A stretch of DNA of 64,000 nt from a virus. The notes under the pieces were generated by a model that saw only the letters and a program-made list of their open reading frames with translations, was not told the origin of the DNA and did not search any database. Below are positions 36,594 through 44,962 of this stretch, one piece after another. The stretch spans positions 63,575 to 127,574 of IMG/VR virus record IMGVR_UViG_3300028377_000004. One strand, 5' to 3'. Made by a program: the position numbers and the translations under genes. Numbering within the stretch: the first letter of the stretch is position 1; each line of letters begins with the position of its first letter.

Positions 36594-37854
36594 TATCCGA
36601 ACCCGAATGTACAAAACTGATAGCAGAGATCTTCTCATTGGTAACTCCCGGACATCCAATTACCAGTGGTTTCCCAGACTTGGCATCCCCCTGTAATTGA
36701 AGCAATAGAGCGTCAGTGTTTAGACCTTCAATTACATAGCTTAGTTCCTCAGAATTCAGATATCGTTTACAACTCTGAAAATTCTTAGCAGTTGGGACTA
36801 ATAAATCATACGAGGAATGCTCTGTTCCTACCGTAAGCACGCCTGCAAGATCTTGGTCTGCTAATTGAGGATACGTTTTCTCGATGCAGCTTTTTCCATG
36901 ACCCAAAGGATTCAACTCCAAATAACAGACAGGTTCCATCGTGTCTTTGGACATTGAAAGGGCTGCGTTTACTGCATCCTGAAAATCATCTCGGGGAATC
37001 AACATCAGGATAGAGTCAGAACGATCTACTTCCAGTGCCTTGGCAAAATCATAAAATTTCAGTACACTTGTCTGTGTGCCTAGCTTAAGGCCAGTTTTCT
37101 CAGAAGTAAGGACAAAATTACCTAGCGTCTCTGAGAAAGGAGGCATCTCGTACTCTCTAGGCTCTTCACTGGCATGGAGACAAATTTCTTCCCCTTCTCT
37201 CACCATATGACTCGCAGCTTCCAAGACGGGCGCAGGAACCAAATGAAGAGAATCTTTCTTATGAAAAGAGGAAGGGAGGGGACACTGCGAAAGAACCCCT
37301 TGTCCATCCGTTACCTGCAAGAATAGCGAATCTTCCCCACTTCGGAAAGCTACATACCCTTTTAGGGGATAAAGCTCATCGATATCACCCTTAATAGCGC
37401 GCCGGACATGCTCCCATGCATCAATAAAATCTTCTTGCTGGAAGCGAGCAACTTCTTCCTTATTTGAAGTCTTAATGACGGTAGGGGAATTATGATAATC
37501 AGAGACATGATAAGACGTGATAGAAAACGCGCCAATATCAAACTTGATCTTGACCACTCCCATTTCAGAGTCAGAAACAAAACGGTAAGTACCCGCCTGA
37601 CCTCTAGTAGGTTCTATGAGTTCATGAATAAGGGGAAATCGTATTTCTAGAGCCCCTGCTTGCTCCACTCGGGCTTTGAACACTGCTTGAGCAGCAACCT
37701 CGTGATTTGCCATAATAGACAGTAGGATTTCATTGTCCCCCAAGCTGGCGATAAGAAGACGGTCACTTAGGCTTCTTTGGTTAGAAATTTTAGACATGGG
37801 ATAAATCGCATCCAATGCCCGATGAAATTCTTCCTCTACCGTTTCAAAAATCAT
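36586..37854 (-). CDS. Protein with C-terminal DNA polymerase III beta (sliding clamp)-like region
   Basis: LIPRDDFQDAVNAALSMS...YLNSEELSYVIEGLNTDALLLQL...KPLVI resembles clamp domain III; the N-terminus is divergent. Confidence 0.4.
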   Translation of the reverse strand: MIFETVEEEFHRALDAIYPMSKISNQRSLSDRLLIASLGDNEILLSIMANHEVAAQAVFKARVEQAGALEIRFPLIHELIEPTRGQAGTYRFVSDSEMGVVKIKFDIGAFSITSYHVSDYHNSPTVIKTSNKEEVARFQQEDFIDAWEHVRRAIKGDIDELYPLKGYVAFRSGEDSLFLQVTDGQGVLSQCPLPSSFHKKDSLHLVPAPVLEAASHMVREGEEICLHASEEPREYEMPPFSETLGNFVLTSEKTGLKLGTQTSVLKFYDFAKALEVDRSDSILMLIPRDDFQDAVNAALSMSKDTMEPVCYLELNPLGHGKSCIEKTYPQLADQDLAGVLTVGTEHSSYDLLVPTAKNFQSCKRYLNSEELSYVIEGLNTDALLLQLQGDAKSGKPLVIGCPGVTNEKISAISFVHSGSDTT

Positions 37855-37915
37855 GGAATAATCCTCTCTTCATTAGGTTCGTGTCTTAGTCATAAATAGA
37901 ACAACGGGAAAAACC

Positions 37916-38476
37916 TTAACACGAAAGGAGACGATTAATCAAGTGAAGAATTTTCTTATGACCGCCTCTTTCTAAATATCCAAAAAGCTGATCGATATTT
38001 GGAAACATTTTCATTGCCTTATCTACTTCGGAAGCAGGAAGATCACTTTCTAAAAGAGCCATCTCTATTTCATTTCGATAGAGGTGTGGTCTTTTCTTGG
38101 GAGTATCTGTATTCAAAAAAGCATACATGGAATCTGCGACTCCCACAGGCATACGATCTTGAAGCATTAAAATTTGGGGAGCAGCTCCATCTAGAGCGGC
38201 GGGACCATATTTATGAGGAAACCATTCTTCTGTAGGACGTCCAGGATAATTAGAAAGCACTTTCCTTGAAGAGATCACTTCTCCCCTTTTACCAATTTTG
38301 GCACTATAGAGGTCGAAGTTAAAAGGACCTCTCAGACCCTCATTAGCAGCATCTCTAAGGCTTTCGTGATGATTGGCAGTCCTAGTGCTAACCTTATGCG
38401 CAAGAATGTCCCTACGTCCCTTCAGTACCTTAGAAGAGGAAGGCTTTACGATCCATACGGTTTTTTCTTTTGTCAT
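37916..38476 (-). CDS. Hypothetical protein
   Basis: Start reassigned to MTKEK behind a GGAG RBS. Confidence 0.55.
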   Translation of the reverse strand: MTKEKTVWIVKPSSSKVLKGRRDILAHKVSTRTANHHESLRDAANEGLRGPFNFDLYSAKIGKRGEVISSRKVLSNYPGRPTEEWFPHKYGPAALDGAAPQILMLQDRMPVGVADSMYAFLNTDTPKKRPHLYRNEIEMALLESDLPASEVDKAMKMFPNIDQLFGYLERGGHKKILHLINRLLSC

Positions 38477-38498
38477 GAAAATCTCCAGTTCAAAGCAA

Positions 38499-38547
38499 AA
38501 CATCCTTTCCCTTACTACTAAAACAAAAGCAATAGGGAAAGGATGTT
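38499..38547 (-). terminator. 14-bp perfect inverted repeat, possible terminator
   Basis: AACATCCTTTCCCT-N21-AGGGAAAGGATGTT followed by TT on the minus strand, between two genes. Confidence 0.45.
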
Positions 38548-38571
38548 ATATTTTACTATGGATGGTGGGGT

Positions 38572-38751
38572 TTACATCTGGAAGGTGATGACTCCTCTTT
38601 TTTCAGAAGGTTCGTCTTCCTTTTCTTGTGAGTGCAGTCGTCTAACTGGTTGTGGGGCGTAAAGACGGGGGCGTTCATTTCGTACTTGACTCTCGTTCTC
38701 CAAATATTCACTAATAAGTACATCTTCAGGTACGGTCTCTTGATTCGACAT
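38572..38751 (-). CDS. Small hypothetical protein (59 aa)
   Basis: MSNQETVPEDVLISEYLENESQVRNERPRLYAPQPVRRLHSQEKEDEPSEKRGVITFQM; AGGAG RBS; not in the ORF track. Confidence 0.55.
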   Translation of the reverse strand: MSNQETVPEDVLISEYLENESQVRNERPRLYAPQPVRRLHSQEKEDEPSEKRGVITFQM

Positions 38752-38829
38752 TACATCTCCTGTACTGATTAAGTATTAACATCTCCTACACCCAATATAC
38801 ACTGGAGATCATCTTTTTACAAGAGAAAA

Positions 38830-39051
38830 CTAGAAATCTTTGACCTGGATCGTAGACACTAGAAGCTGAGGATGAATTTCTTTGACTTTTTCTTTAAGAG
38901 AAGAAAGGTGATCTCTATTAAAAGAGGGTGTTCTTCTGAGAAAGACCATTTTTAAAGTTCGGTCAAAATGATCAAAAGCAATGTTCTCCTGAAATTCTCT
39001 TTTCAGGTCAAGTTGCCATTCCAGAAAAGCGGTTTCGATATCTTCTTGCAT
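38830..39051 (-). CDS. Hypothetical protein (73 aa)
   Basis: GGAG RBS; fits operon packing. Confidence 0.5.
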   Translation of the reverse strand: MQEDIETAFLEWQLDLKREFQENIAFDHFDRTLKMVFLRRTPSFNRDHLSSLKEKVKEIHPQLLVSTIQVKDF

Positions 39052-39072
39052 GGAGGTATCTCCTAGGGTCTG

Positions 39073-39288
39073 TTATTGGTAATTTTTCTTGTTTACATCC
39101 GTCTGATAAAAGCCATCCCCTTTATAATGAATCAAATAGGATCCAGAAATGACCTTACACATTTCGCCTTCACATTTAGAACAAATGGGTCGCTCTTCGG
39201 CTTCCCTACTAACTGAAGAAATAAGAACATCTTCTTCGACGTGTCCACATTCTTCTTCGTCTTTACATTTATAAGTATAAATCGGCAT
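39073..39288 (-). CDS. FmdB-family zinc-ribbon protein
   Basis: MPIYTYKC..CGH...CSKC...M.KVIS...YKGDGFYQTD is the classic family pattern. Confidence 0.85.
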   Translation of the reverse strand: MPIYTYKCKDEEECGHVEEDVLISSVSREAEERPICSKCEGEMCKVISGSYLIHYKGDGFYQTDVNKKNYQ

Positions 39289-39312
39289 TACAATTATTCT
39301 CTTGGATAAGTG

Positions 39313-39885
39313 TTAGTCTTCTTCCATCGACAAATGAACAGCTTCTACGTCTTCCACGAAAATAGAACTGTCTCTTTCATAAAAAACTGTCCCATCATGA
39401 TAAGCTTGCCGGGCAAGGATGGAAATAACCATAGGGGTTTTGATTCTCCTTCGCTTTCCGTCAGCTATTGCTGCTCCAAAGTCATCAAAAATTTCTGTAT
39501 ATTTTCGACGCATAGGTTGAATCCCATATTCAGAAAGGGACCTATAATGCCTACGACTCTCCACCCGAAAAAGGACTTGGGAGGGAGGCTCAATAACTTT
39601 GTACCGAACTTTTTCTGTGGTGTGACCCACCAAGGCTCTGAGGGCAGTCTCATCATCTGAGATATCAAACCGACCCCTATTGGCGTTTGTAACTGCATCC
39701 AGAATCTCTTCTAATGTAATCTGATACGGCGTCATCTTCTCAAATCCCGTAAGAAGACTCTCCATAGGAACCCAGCCATCATCATTCATAACGAGATCAA
39801 GTCGCTCGGGTTCATGACGAAGGATCAATGCAATTTCACGAGCTAATTCAGTCTTCGTCAGTTTCATCATTATTTTCCGGGGCAT
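39313..39885 (-). CDS. kptA: RNA 2'-phosphotransferase (KptA/Tpt1 family)
   Basis: ILRHEP, DDGWV, RF.I...LRALVGHT and GIQPMRR; the usual HGT and VHL motifs are replaced by RVE and TEI. Confidence 0.8.
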   Translation of the reverse strand: MPRKIMMKLTKTELAREIALILRHEPERLDLVMNDDGWVPMESLLTGFEKMTPYQITLEEILDAVTNANRGRFDISDDETALRALVGHTTEKVRYKVIEPPSQVLFRVESRRHYRSLSEYGIQPMRRKYTEIFDDFGAAIADGKRRRIKTPMVISILARQAYHDGTVFYERDSSIFVEDVEAVHLSMEED

Positions 39886-40183
39886 TATTTGGAGAAATTA
39901 AAACAGAGATAGTGCCTACCCTTTCAACATCTAAAATAGAACTACAAGGAGCCTCACTACTATCATCATCATCATCATCATTTGTATTGGGCCAACTTTG
40001 AGGGATAGGAGGAGTCACTTTATAACGCCACCACCCTTTACCACTTCTAGTGAGTACTACTTCTCGATCAGGAAAACAGGAAGTAGCAACTTCTTCATGG
40101 ATAGTAGCCGCCACATAAATTCCCGTTCTTCCATAGTTGCGATAAGGAGCTACGCGAAATTTCGTCATCTCTTCTTTTTTCAT
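39848..40183 (-). CDS. Hypothetical acidic protein (111 aa)
   Basis: ORF with a poly-Asp tract, adjacent to kptA. Confidence 0.45.
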   Translation of the reverse strand: MKKEEMTKFRVAPYRNYGRTGIYVAATIHEEVATSCFPDREVVLTRSGKGWWRYKVTPPIPQSWPNTNDDDDDDSSEAPCSSILDVERVGTISVLISPNNAPENNDETDED

Positions 40184-40244
40184 TTTACTATCCCTAACGT
40201 TGTCCAGAATATATCAATACTTTCTACATAAAGAAAACCATATT

Positions 40245-40469
40245 CTAAGGAAGTAAATCCTCAACAGGAATAAAGATGAAATTGCCATCTTCCCCTTCGG
40301 CCACATTCCACCCTAGTTTCCTATATTCGTTTAACAGGTAATGTGGAACGGGCGCAGGAACTGTTACTTCGGGTTCCTCAGTGTCCCAATTATGATGGTA
40401 CAGAATATGATCAATTCGTTCTTCTTGAAGACGCAATTTAGCATTTGAGGCGCGATAAGGAGACAACAT
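40245..40469 (-). CDS. Hypothetical protein (74 aa)
   Basis: AAGGA RBS; GTG/TTG-type start. Confidence 0.5.
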   Translation of the reverse strand: MLSPYRASNAKLRLQEERIDHILYHHNWDTEEPEVTVPAPVPHYLLNEYRKLGWNVAEGEDGNFIFIPVEDLLP

Positions 40470-40480
40470 ACTTCCATCCT

Positions 40481-40669
40481 TTAGATAAAGCAGGGGTTAA
40501 AAATTCTTTGGAGTAATTTTTCGTCTTTTTGTGTTCTTTCCGAAGATACCACATCTCCCTCAAATGACAAGCTAATTTAGGCGTTACGGTTCAAATCCAC
40601 ATGTTGAATATAGGGAGAAAAAAGGGCCATCGTTCCATTTTCCAAAACTATATATTTTACATCGTTCAT
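40481..40669 (-). pseudogene. Small gene interrupted by an in-frame TAA (40577-40579)
   Basis: AAGGAG RBS, then MNDVKYIVLENGTMALFSPYIQHVDLNRNA*ISLSFEGDVVSSERTQKDEKLLQRIFNPCFI*, ending just before the next RBS. Confidence 0.35.
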
Positions 40670-40706
40670 AATACTCCTTTTGAGAAAGAACCCTCCCCTC
40701 TCCGCT

Positions 40707-40737
40707 CTATATACCCGGGTCTTTACTAAATTACAAA
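40707..40737 (-). promoter_or_regulatory. Conserved promoter-like motif, copy A (TTTGTAATT-N9-CCCGGGTATATAG)
   Basis: One of three identically spaced intergenic copies; TTGTAA-17bp-TATATA geometry. Confidence 0.6.
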
Positions 40738-40778
40738 AAGACTTTAGGAATAGATCCTATCAAGGGGAGTCTCTGGTG

Positions 40779-41297
40779 TCAATCCAAAAGGCTACCAAAG
40801 AGATCCTTGAAAGAAACCTCATCGGGGAACTTAGCCGGATGCTCTTTTGAGATTTCTCCCTCAAATAAGATATCAGGTCTTTGGTGTGGGGGCAATTCAT
40901 CTAATAGAGCCTCTTTTTGACCATGAAGACGCCCTTCAATGATATTCCGATACACATCATCTTCGTCCAGATCAATCAGTGAGCAGGACCTTCCTTGGCG
41001 CATGGCAGCAATTCCGGTAGTGCCAGAGCCGCAAAAAGGGTCTAGAATATGGTCACCTTCCTGGCTAAGGGTAGATACCAACCATTCCATAACTTCGATG
41101 GGCTTGACTGTTGGATGAATATTTCCAGTTGTAACCTGGGGACCCTTATCTTTTTGCTCTAAATGGTCATATTCATTTTTTTCTATACGGATCCATTTTC
41201 CCTCTTCTTGCGTCCAATATAAATGCTCACATCCCAAATCCCGTTCGGATCTAGAAGCTTTTGCAGCATAGCGAAATGGTACTTCTTTGTCAGTCAT
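40779..41297 (-). CDS. DNA methyltransferase, C-terminal (SAM-binding) half of a split N4/N6-MTase
   Basis: FRYAAKASRSERDLG, HPTVKPIEVMEWLV and ILDPFCGSGTTGIAA; has its own RBS (AAGGGA). Confidence 0.85.
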   Translation of the reverse strand: MTDKEVPFRYAAKASRSERDLGCEHLYWTQEEGKWIRIEKNEYDHLEQKDKGPQVTTGNIHPTVKPIEVMEWLVSTLSQEGDHILDPFCGSGTTGIAAMRQGRSCSLIDLDEDDVYRNIIEGRLHGQKEALLDELPPHQRPDILFEGEISKEHPAKFPDEVSFKDLFGSLLD

Positions 41298-41315
41298 TTT
41301 AGTGTATCCCTTTAG

Positions 41316-43070
41316 TCATTCTTTTGGAGGTGTCATTATATACTCGATTTGATCCTCAGAGCATCCATAGTTAGCAAGCAATGCGGGCAAGTCTAATTGT
41401 ATAGGCAATTCGGGCTTCCTAACTATTAAACATGGTTCCCAGGCGGGCTTAAGGGCTGTGCCTAGTCCGTTAATGCTTTCTACATATTGATCGTCAGGAA
41501 GAAGGCACCACGAGCATACACGGCAAGTTAGATCATGGTCCTCATAGTCATCAAGGATCAATTTTCGATCTTGCTCTTTGTTGGAGTCTGGTCCCGCATT
41601 GATATCAAATAGGGAGTCGTCATAAATATAATTATCCTTTTCAGAGCCACACTGGCAGCGTGCGTTTCCTTCGGGACCGTACCTGCCATCTTTCTTGAGC
41701 TTCTTCTTCAAAATTTTGAAAACATTTTGACTTTTTGGGAAGCCGCTATTTCCACTAATGAAAATCCTTCCGTTACGACGAACCATTACAGCGCCAGTCT
41801 CTACTGTGACACACCACACGTCTCCTTCATAATGTTGTTTGTGATGAGCTTTTAAATGTTTACCCTGTAGTTGAGTCTTAGGATTATCGTGGAGTGATAC
41901 GCAGATAGCTTTTTCATTAATCCTACCCTGCAACCCAATCATGTGTGCAAGAGTTTGCATCTTTTCCAGATCCTCTAAGCTTTTTTGATAGAAATCAAAA
42001 CTGCCACGAGCAGTGCATCCATCCCCTCTCATAGCTGCATCAAAGAAAGCCAGCTTTTCTTTTTGAGTCATTTGCCATAAAAGATCCCAGGAAGGACTTT
42101 TATCTGGCAGAATTTCCCGAATCTGTAGTGCAGGATCTCCAGACATAAACCACATACATTCTCTTTCCCTACTATATTCCTTATGGTCAATGCTCATGCG
42201 AACAAGAAGATCCCTTATGGAATCTACATGTTCTTGATTGGTACAGGTCTGATAAATACGAACTCCTGTTCCAGAATTGTCATAACCCCCTTCTGTCCAA
42301 ATCCAACCAAGTAACGAAGCAAAGTCTTTCCCTCCAATGCCGGGACCTTCGTGGCGTCCTGATAATGGTAAGTTTACCGTATTCCACCGATTAATTTCAC
42401 CTGCTTCTTTAACCTCCCATTGATCCTCGAATGAGGTTTTACGGATACCATCGGTTTGTTTCCTGTGCAGAGGTTTAGCATAAACCCTATGGTTAGGGGT
42501 CAGAAGTTGGTCTGTATTGTCGTTTTTGAAATGGATCATATCTCCCTTATAAGGGGCTAGGATCTTTCGTTGTACGGGAACAAAACGAATTTCTTCTGTT
42601 TCAGGATCCCATGCTGCTACCTTATCGCCTTCCAAAACCTCTGTACCCTTTTTCCATCCTTCCGGAGTCAGGATATCTGTGTCATCACTATAGCATCCGT
42701 AGGCCCAGGCAAATATTTTTTCTACAGAAAATCCTGAAATTCGTAGGGATGCAGTCATAAGATCTAAAGTTCTTGTCCCTGAAAATACCGCTCCACGAGC
42801 ACCCGGTTTTAATACCCTCAACACTTCACGCCAGATCTCTGGGCCAGGCACAATTGAGTCCCAATTTGCGTTCATAAAACCTCCCCCTTTACCTGCATGA
42901 TCCCCTTCCTGAATCCAACTTCTTAAAAGTTCAACAGGATCAGGTTCTTGTCCAAGTCCGTAAGGTGGATCAGTAATTAAAACATCTACTGAGTTTTCCT
43001 CAAAATTTTCTCGAAGCACCTTAGCGGAATCTCCAATAGATAAATCAATCTTCAATTTTTTAGTCTTCAT
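41316..43070 (-). CDS. DNA methyltransferase, N-terminal (catalytic DPPY) half, containing an intein
   Basis: VDVLITDPPYGLG, REVLRVLKPG, AWAYG|intein|SGFPKSQNV and GTALKPAWEP. Confidence 0.85.
   Translation of the reverse strand: MKTKKLKIDLSIGDSAKVLRENFEENSVDVLITDPPYGLGQEPDPVELLRSWIQEGDHAGKGGGFMNANWDSIVPGPEIWREVLRVLKPGARGAVFSGTRTLDLMTASLRISGFSVEKIFAWAYGCYSDDTDILTPEGWKKGTEVLEGDKVAAWDPETEEIRFVPVQRKILAPYKGDMIHFKNDNTDQLLTPNHRVYAKPLHRKQTDGIRKTSFEDQWEVKEAGEINRWNTVNLPLSGRHEGPGIGGKDFASLLGWIWTEGGYDNSGTGVRIYQTCTNQEHVDSIRDLLVRMSIDHKEYSRERECMWFMSGDPALQIREILPDKSPSWDLLWQMTQKEKLAFFDAAMRGDGCTARGSFDFYQKSLEDLEKMQTLAHMIGLQGRINEKAICVSLHDNPKTQLQGKHLKAHHKQHYEGDVWCVTVETGAVMVRRNGRIFISGNSGFPKSQNVFKILKKKLKKDGRYGPEGNARCQCGSEKDNYIYDDSLFDINAGPDSNKEQDRKLILDDYEDHDLTCRVCSWCLLPDDQYVESINGLGTALKPAWEPCLIVRKPELPIQLDLPALLANYGCSEDQIEYIMTPPKE
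41748..42695 (-). mobile_element. Intein (316 aa) with LAGLIDADG-type homing endonuclease
   Basis: Starts CYSDDTDILTPEGWK; block B LLTPNHRV; LAGLIDADG-like LLGWIWTEG and DAAMRGDG; ends VWCVTVETGAVMVRRNGRIFISGN followed by +1 Ser. Confidence 0.9.
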
Positions 43071-43138
43071 TTTCTAATTCCTCCAACCTTATCACAATTG
43101 ACCGATCCTCTGGCGTCAACATTCCCTTCTATATTTCC

Positions 43139-43369
43139 TTAATGTAATTCATTTTCCACTTCTTCTTTTTCGTTTACATTTTGGGATAATTCAACGCCGG
43201 ATTCGGAACTACAGGTCATCTTATAATGGGTACCACTTACGGTAACTCCAAAAATCAATGCCCAGACCAAAATAAAAAATATGATAATGGAAGTACAACC
43301 ACAGCCTCCACCTCCGATGGTAGCACTTGCTGAGGCTCCAGATGATGATGATGATGATGATGATGACAT
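43139..43369 (-). CDS. Small membrane protein with poly-Ser N-terminus (76 aa)
   Basis: TM segment IIIFFILVWALIFGV; GGAG RBS. Confidence 0.55.
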   Translation of the reverse strand: MSSSSSSSSSGASASATIGGGGCGCTSIIIFFILVWALIFGVTVSGTHYKMTCSSESGVELSQNVNEKEEVENELH

Positions 43370-43370
43370 T

Positions 43371-43691
43371 TTATTCTCCTCCGTCTTCTTTCATGTCTTT
43401 TTTAATTCGGTCTTTCAGGACAATTTTTGTGGATTTATCGCTGGAATAGAAATTAGGTTTAGGTTTGGCTTGCTCACGAAAAGGATACCATCCAATGAAC
43501 TCCAAGATCTCTTTTTGTGTAGCCCATATCCTATGTCCAGGAATTTCCAAAGCATATTCCATTTCAGGAATATTAGGATCATTATATTTAGTATTATTTT
43601 TCTCGTCTTTGGTCATGGGGCGGATATTCCACTTGACTTCGGGACTGAGAGCTATCAATTGAACGATCGAATTGTCTTTTAAACTACTCAC
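43371..43691 (-). CDS. Hypothetical protein (106 aa)
   Basis: Operon packing. Confidence 0.5.
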   Translation of the reverse strand: MSSLKDNSIVQLIALSPEVKWNIRPMTKDEKNNTKYNDPNIPEMEYALEIPGHRIWATQKEILEFIGWYPFREQAKPKPNFYSSDKSTKIVLKDRIKKDMKEDGGE

Positions 43692-43700
43692 TATTTATCT

Positions 43701-43916
43701 CTACATTTCGCTTGCTATTTTACGGATTCTGGAGTCAATTAATGCAATGCTGGCTTCCAGAGTATTCTCTTCAATAAAAACCAACATGGAATCTACAAGT
43801 CCATCCACTTTCAGGTCTAAATCAGGACGGTCTGGACTTGTTGTAAAAACTTCATACGCAGTTTCTGCTATTTGCTTGATATTACTCATAGGAACGTAAC
43901 TCATCTTCGCACTCAT
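43701..43916 (-). CDS. Hypothetical protein (71 aa)
   Basis: Operon packing. Confidence 0.5.
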   Translation of the reverse strand: MSAKMSYVPMSNIKQIAETAYEVFTTSPDRPDLDLKVDGLVDSMLVFIEENTLEASIALIDSRIRKIASEM

Positions 43917-44301
43917 TGAAAGTTTGAATCAACGCTTCCATTTCGTTTTCGAGAACAAACAGGGTTCCCACCAATGAATCTCCCTCTTTAAGATCTACAC
44001 CTTTGGGAGCAAGAAGATCATAGCCATATTCCCCATTGTTCTCTTCATCACAGAAAAGACTTGTTCCGAAATAATAGAGAGTTTTCTCGGTATCTGAGGC
44101 AACGCTCAGGGAAAGGTTAAGTTCCTGTCTCAACCAACCTATTGGTTCTAGGTCAAAGGTAGGATCAATTTCCTTTAGAATACCAAAGAACTCCGTAAGA
44201 GCTTGTTTTTCATCGGAAGGTAGAGGTCTTATTTCATCGATCATTTTATATCCATTGTTTGTAGTCAAACGAATAGTATCATTTTCTAGGTGGAGACGCA
44301 A
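43882..44301 (-). CDS. Hypothetical protein
   Basis: Acidic ORF; exact start uncertain. Confidence 0.5.
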   Translation of the reverse strand: MRLHLENDTIRLTTNNGYKMIDEIRPLPSDEKQALTEFFGILKEIDPTFDLEPIGWLRQELNLSLSVASDTEKTLYYFGTSLFCDEENNGEYGYDLLAPKGVDLKEGDSLVGTLFVLENEMEALIQTFNECEDELRSYE

Positions 44302-44304
44302 CCC

Positions 44305-44596
44305 TTACTTAGAAAGGAAACTTTCAAACACGGTATTAGAGTCAGAAGAAGGGTCAAAGCAGTGGGGACTAAACCAGATCCGTTCTCGGGATCTATTTTC
44401 ATGCCCCCTACTCTCTTTTTCTTTGTTAATTTGACAGAAACCACCGCCCGCTTTCCACGATATCTCAGACCAACCTTGCATTTTTGGACCCTCATATCCG
44501 CAAAGGGCTATTCTAAAATTAGGATCTTCCCCATTCTCTAAACACCACTCTCGTACATCCTCGAAAATAAGGGAAAGGTGCTTGTAATTTACTCAT
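44305..44596 (-). pseudogene. Internally deleted DNA adenine methyltransferase remnant
   Basis: GGAGG RBS and MSKLQAPFPYF, then in another frame EDVREWCLENGEDPNFRIALCGYEG...GW...WKAGGG...NRSRERIWFSPHC. These match the two ends of a phage Dam-like (D12-class) MTase, with the core missing. Confidence 0.6.
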
Positions 44597-44834
44597 TATC
44601 CTTAACCTCCTCATTAGCCTCTGAGAATGAAGAATTTTTAAAGATCTCCAATGCCATAGGGAGGATATATTGAGGGTTTGCAGCAGCTTCTGCTCCCATC
44701 TGATTGGAGATAATCTCAATACTGGCAGAAACACAGTCCGCCATTCTTTCCATACTCTTCGCCACCTCGGGATGGTCTTTTTCAATCGCGGTCTTAACTG
44801 TTTGAAATGATTGATCTCTACTTAAATGATTCAT
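44589..44834 (-). CDS. Hypothetical protein (81 aa)
   Basis: AGAGGA RBS; operon packing. Confidence 0.55.
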   Translation of the reverse strand: MNHLSRDQSFQTVKTAIEKDHPEVAKSMERMADCVSASIEIISNQMGAEAAANPQYILPMALEIFKNSSFSEANEEVKDNE

Positions 44835-44836
44835 AT

Positions 44837-44962
44837 TTAGTCCTCTCTATCACCAAACGAGAAATATTCATAAATCTTTCCGGGGTATCCACAATTGGGA
44901 CTAAACCAGATCCGTTCTCTAGAGATTCTAGATCGCGAGTCTACTATATCATTAAATTTCAT
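44837..44962 (-). pseudogene. 41-codon ORF carrying a second copy of the MTase C-terminal RERIWFSP motif
   Basis: [41 protein letters not shown]; ATGA-coupled to the upstream gene; 23 bp identical to 44365-44387. Confidence 0.45.
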
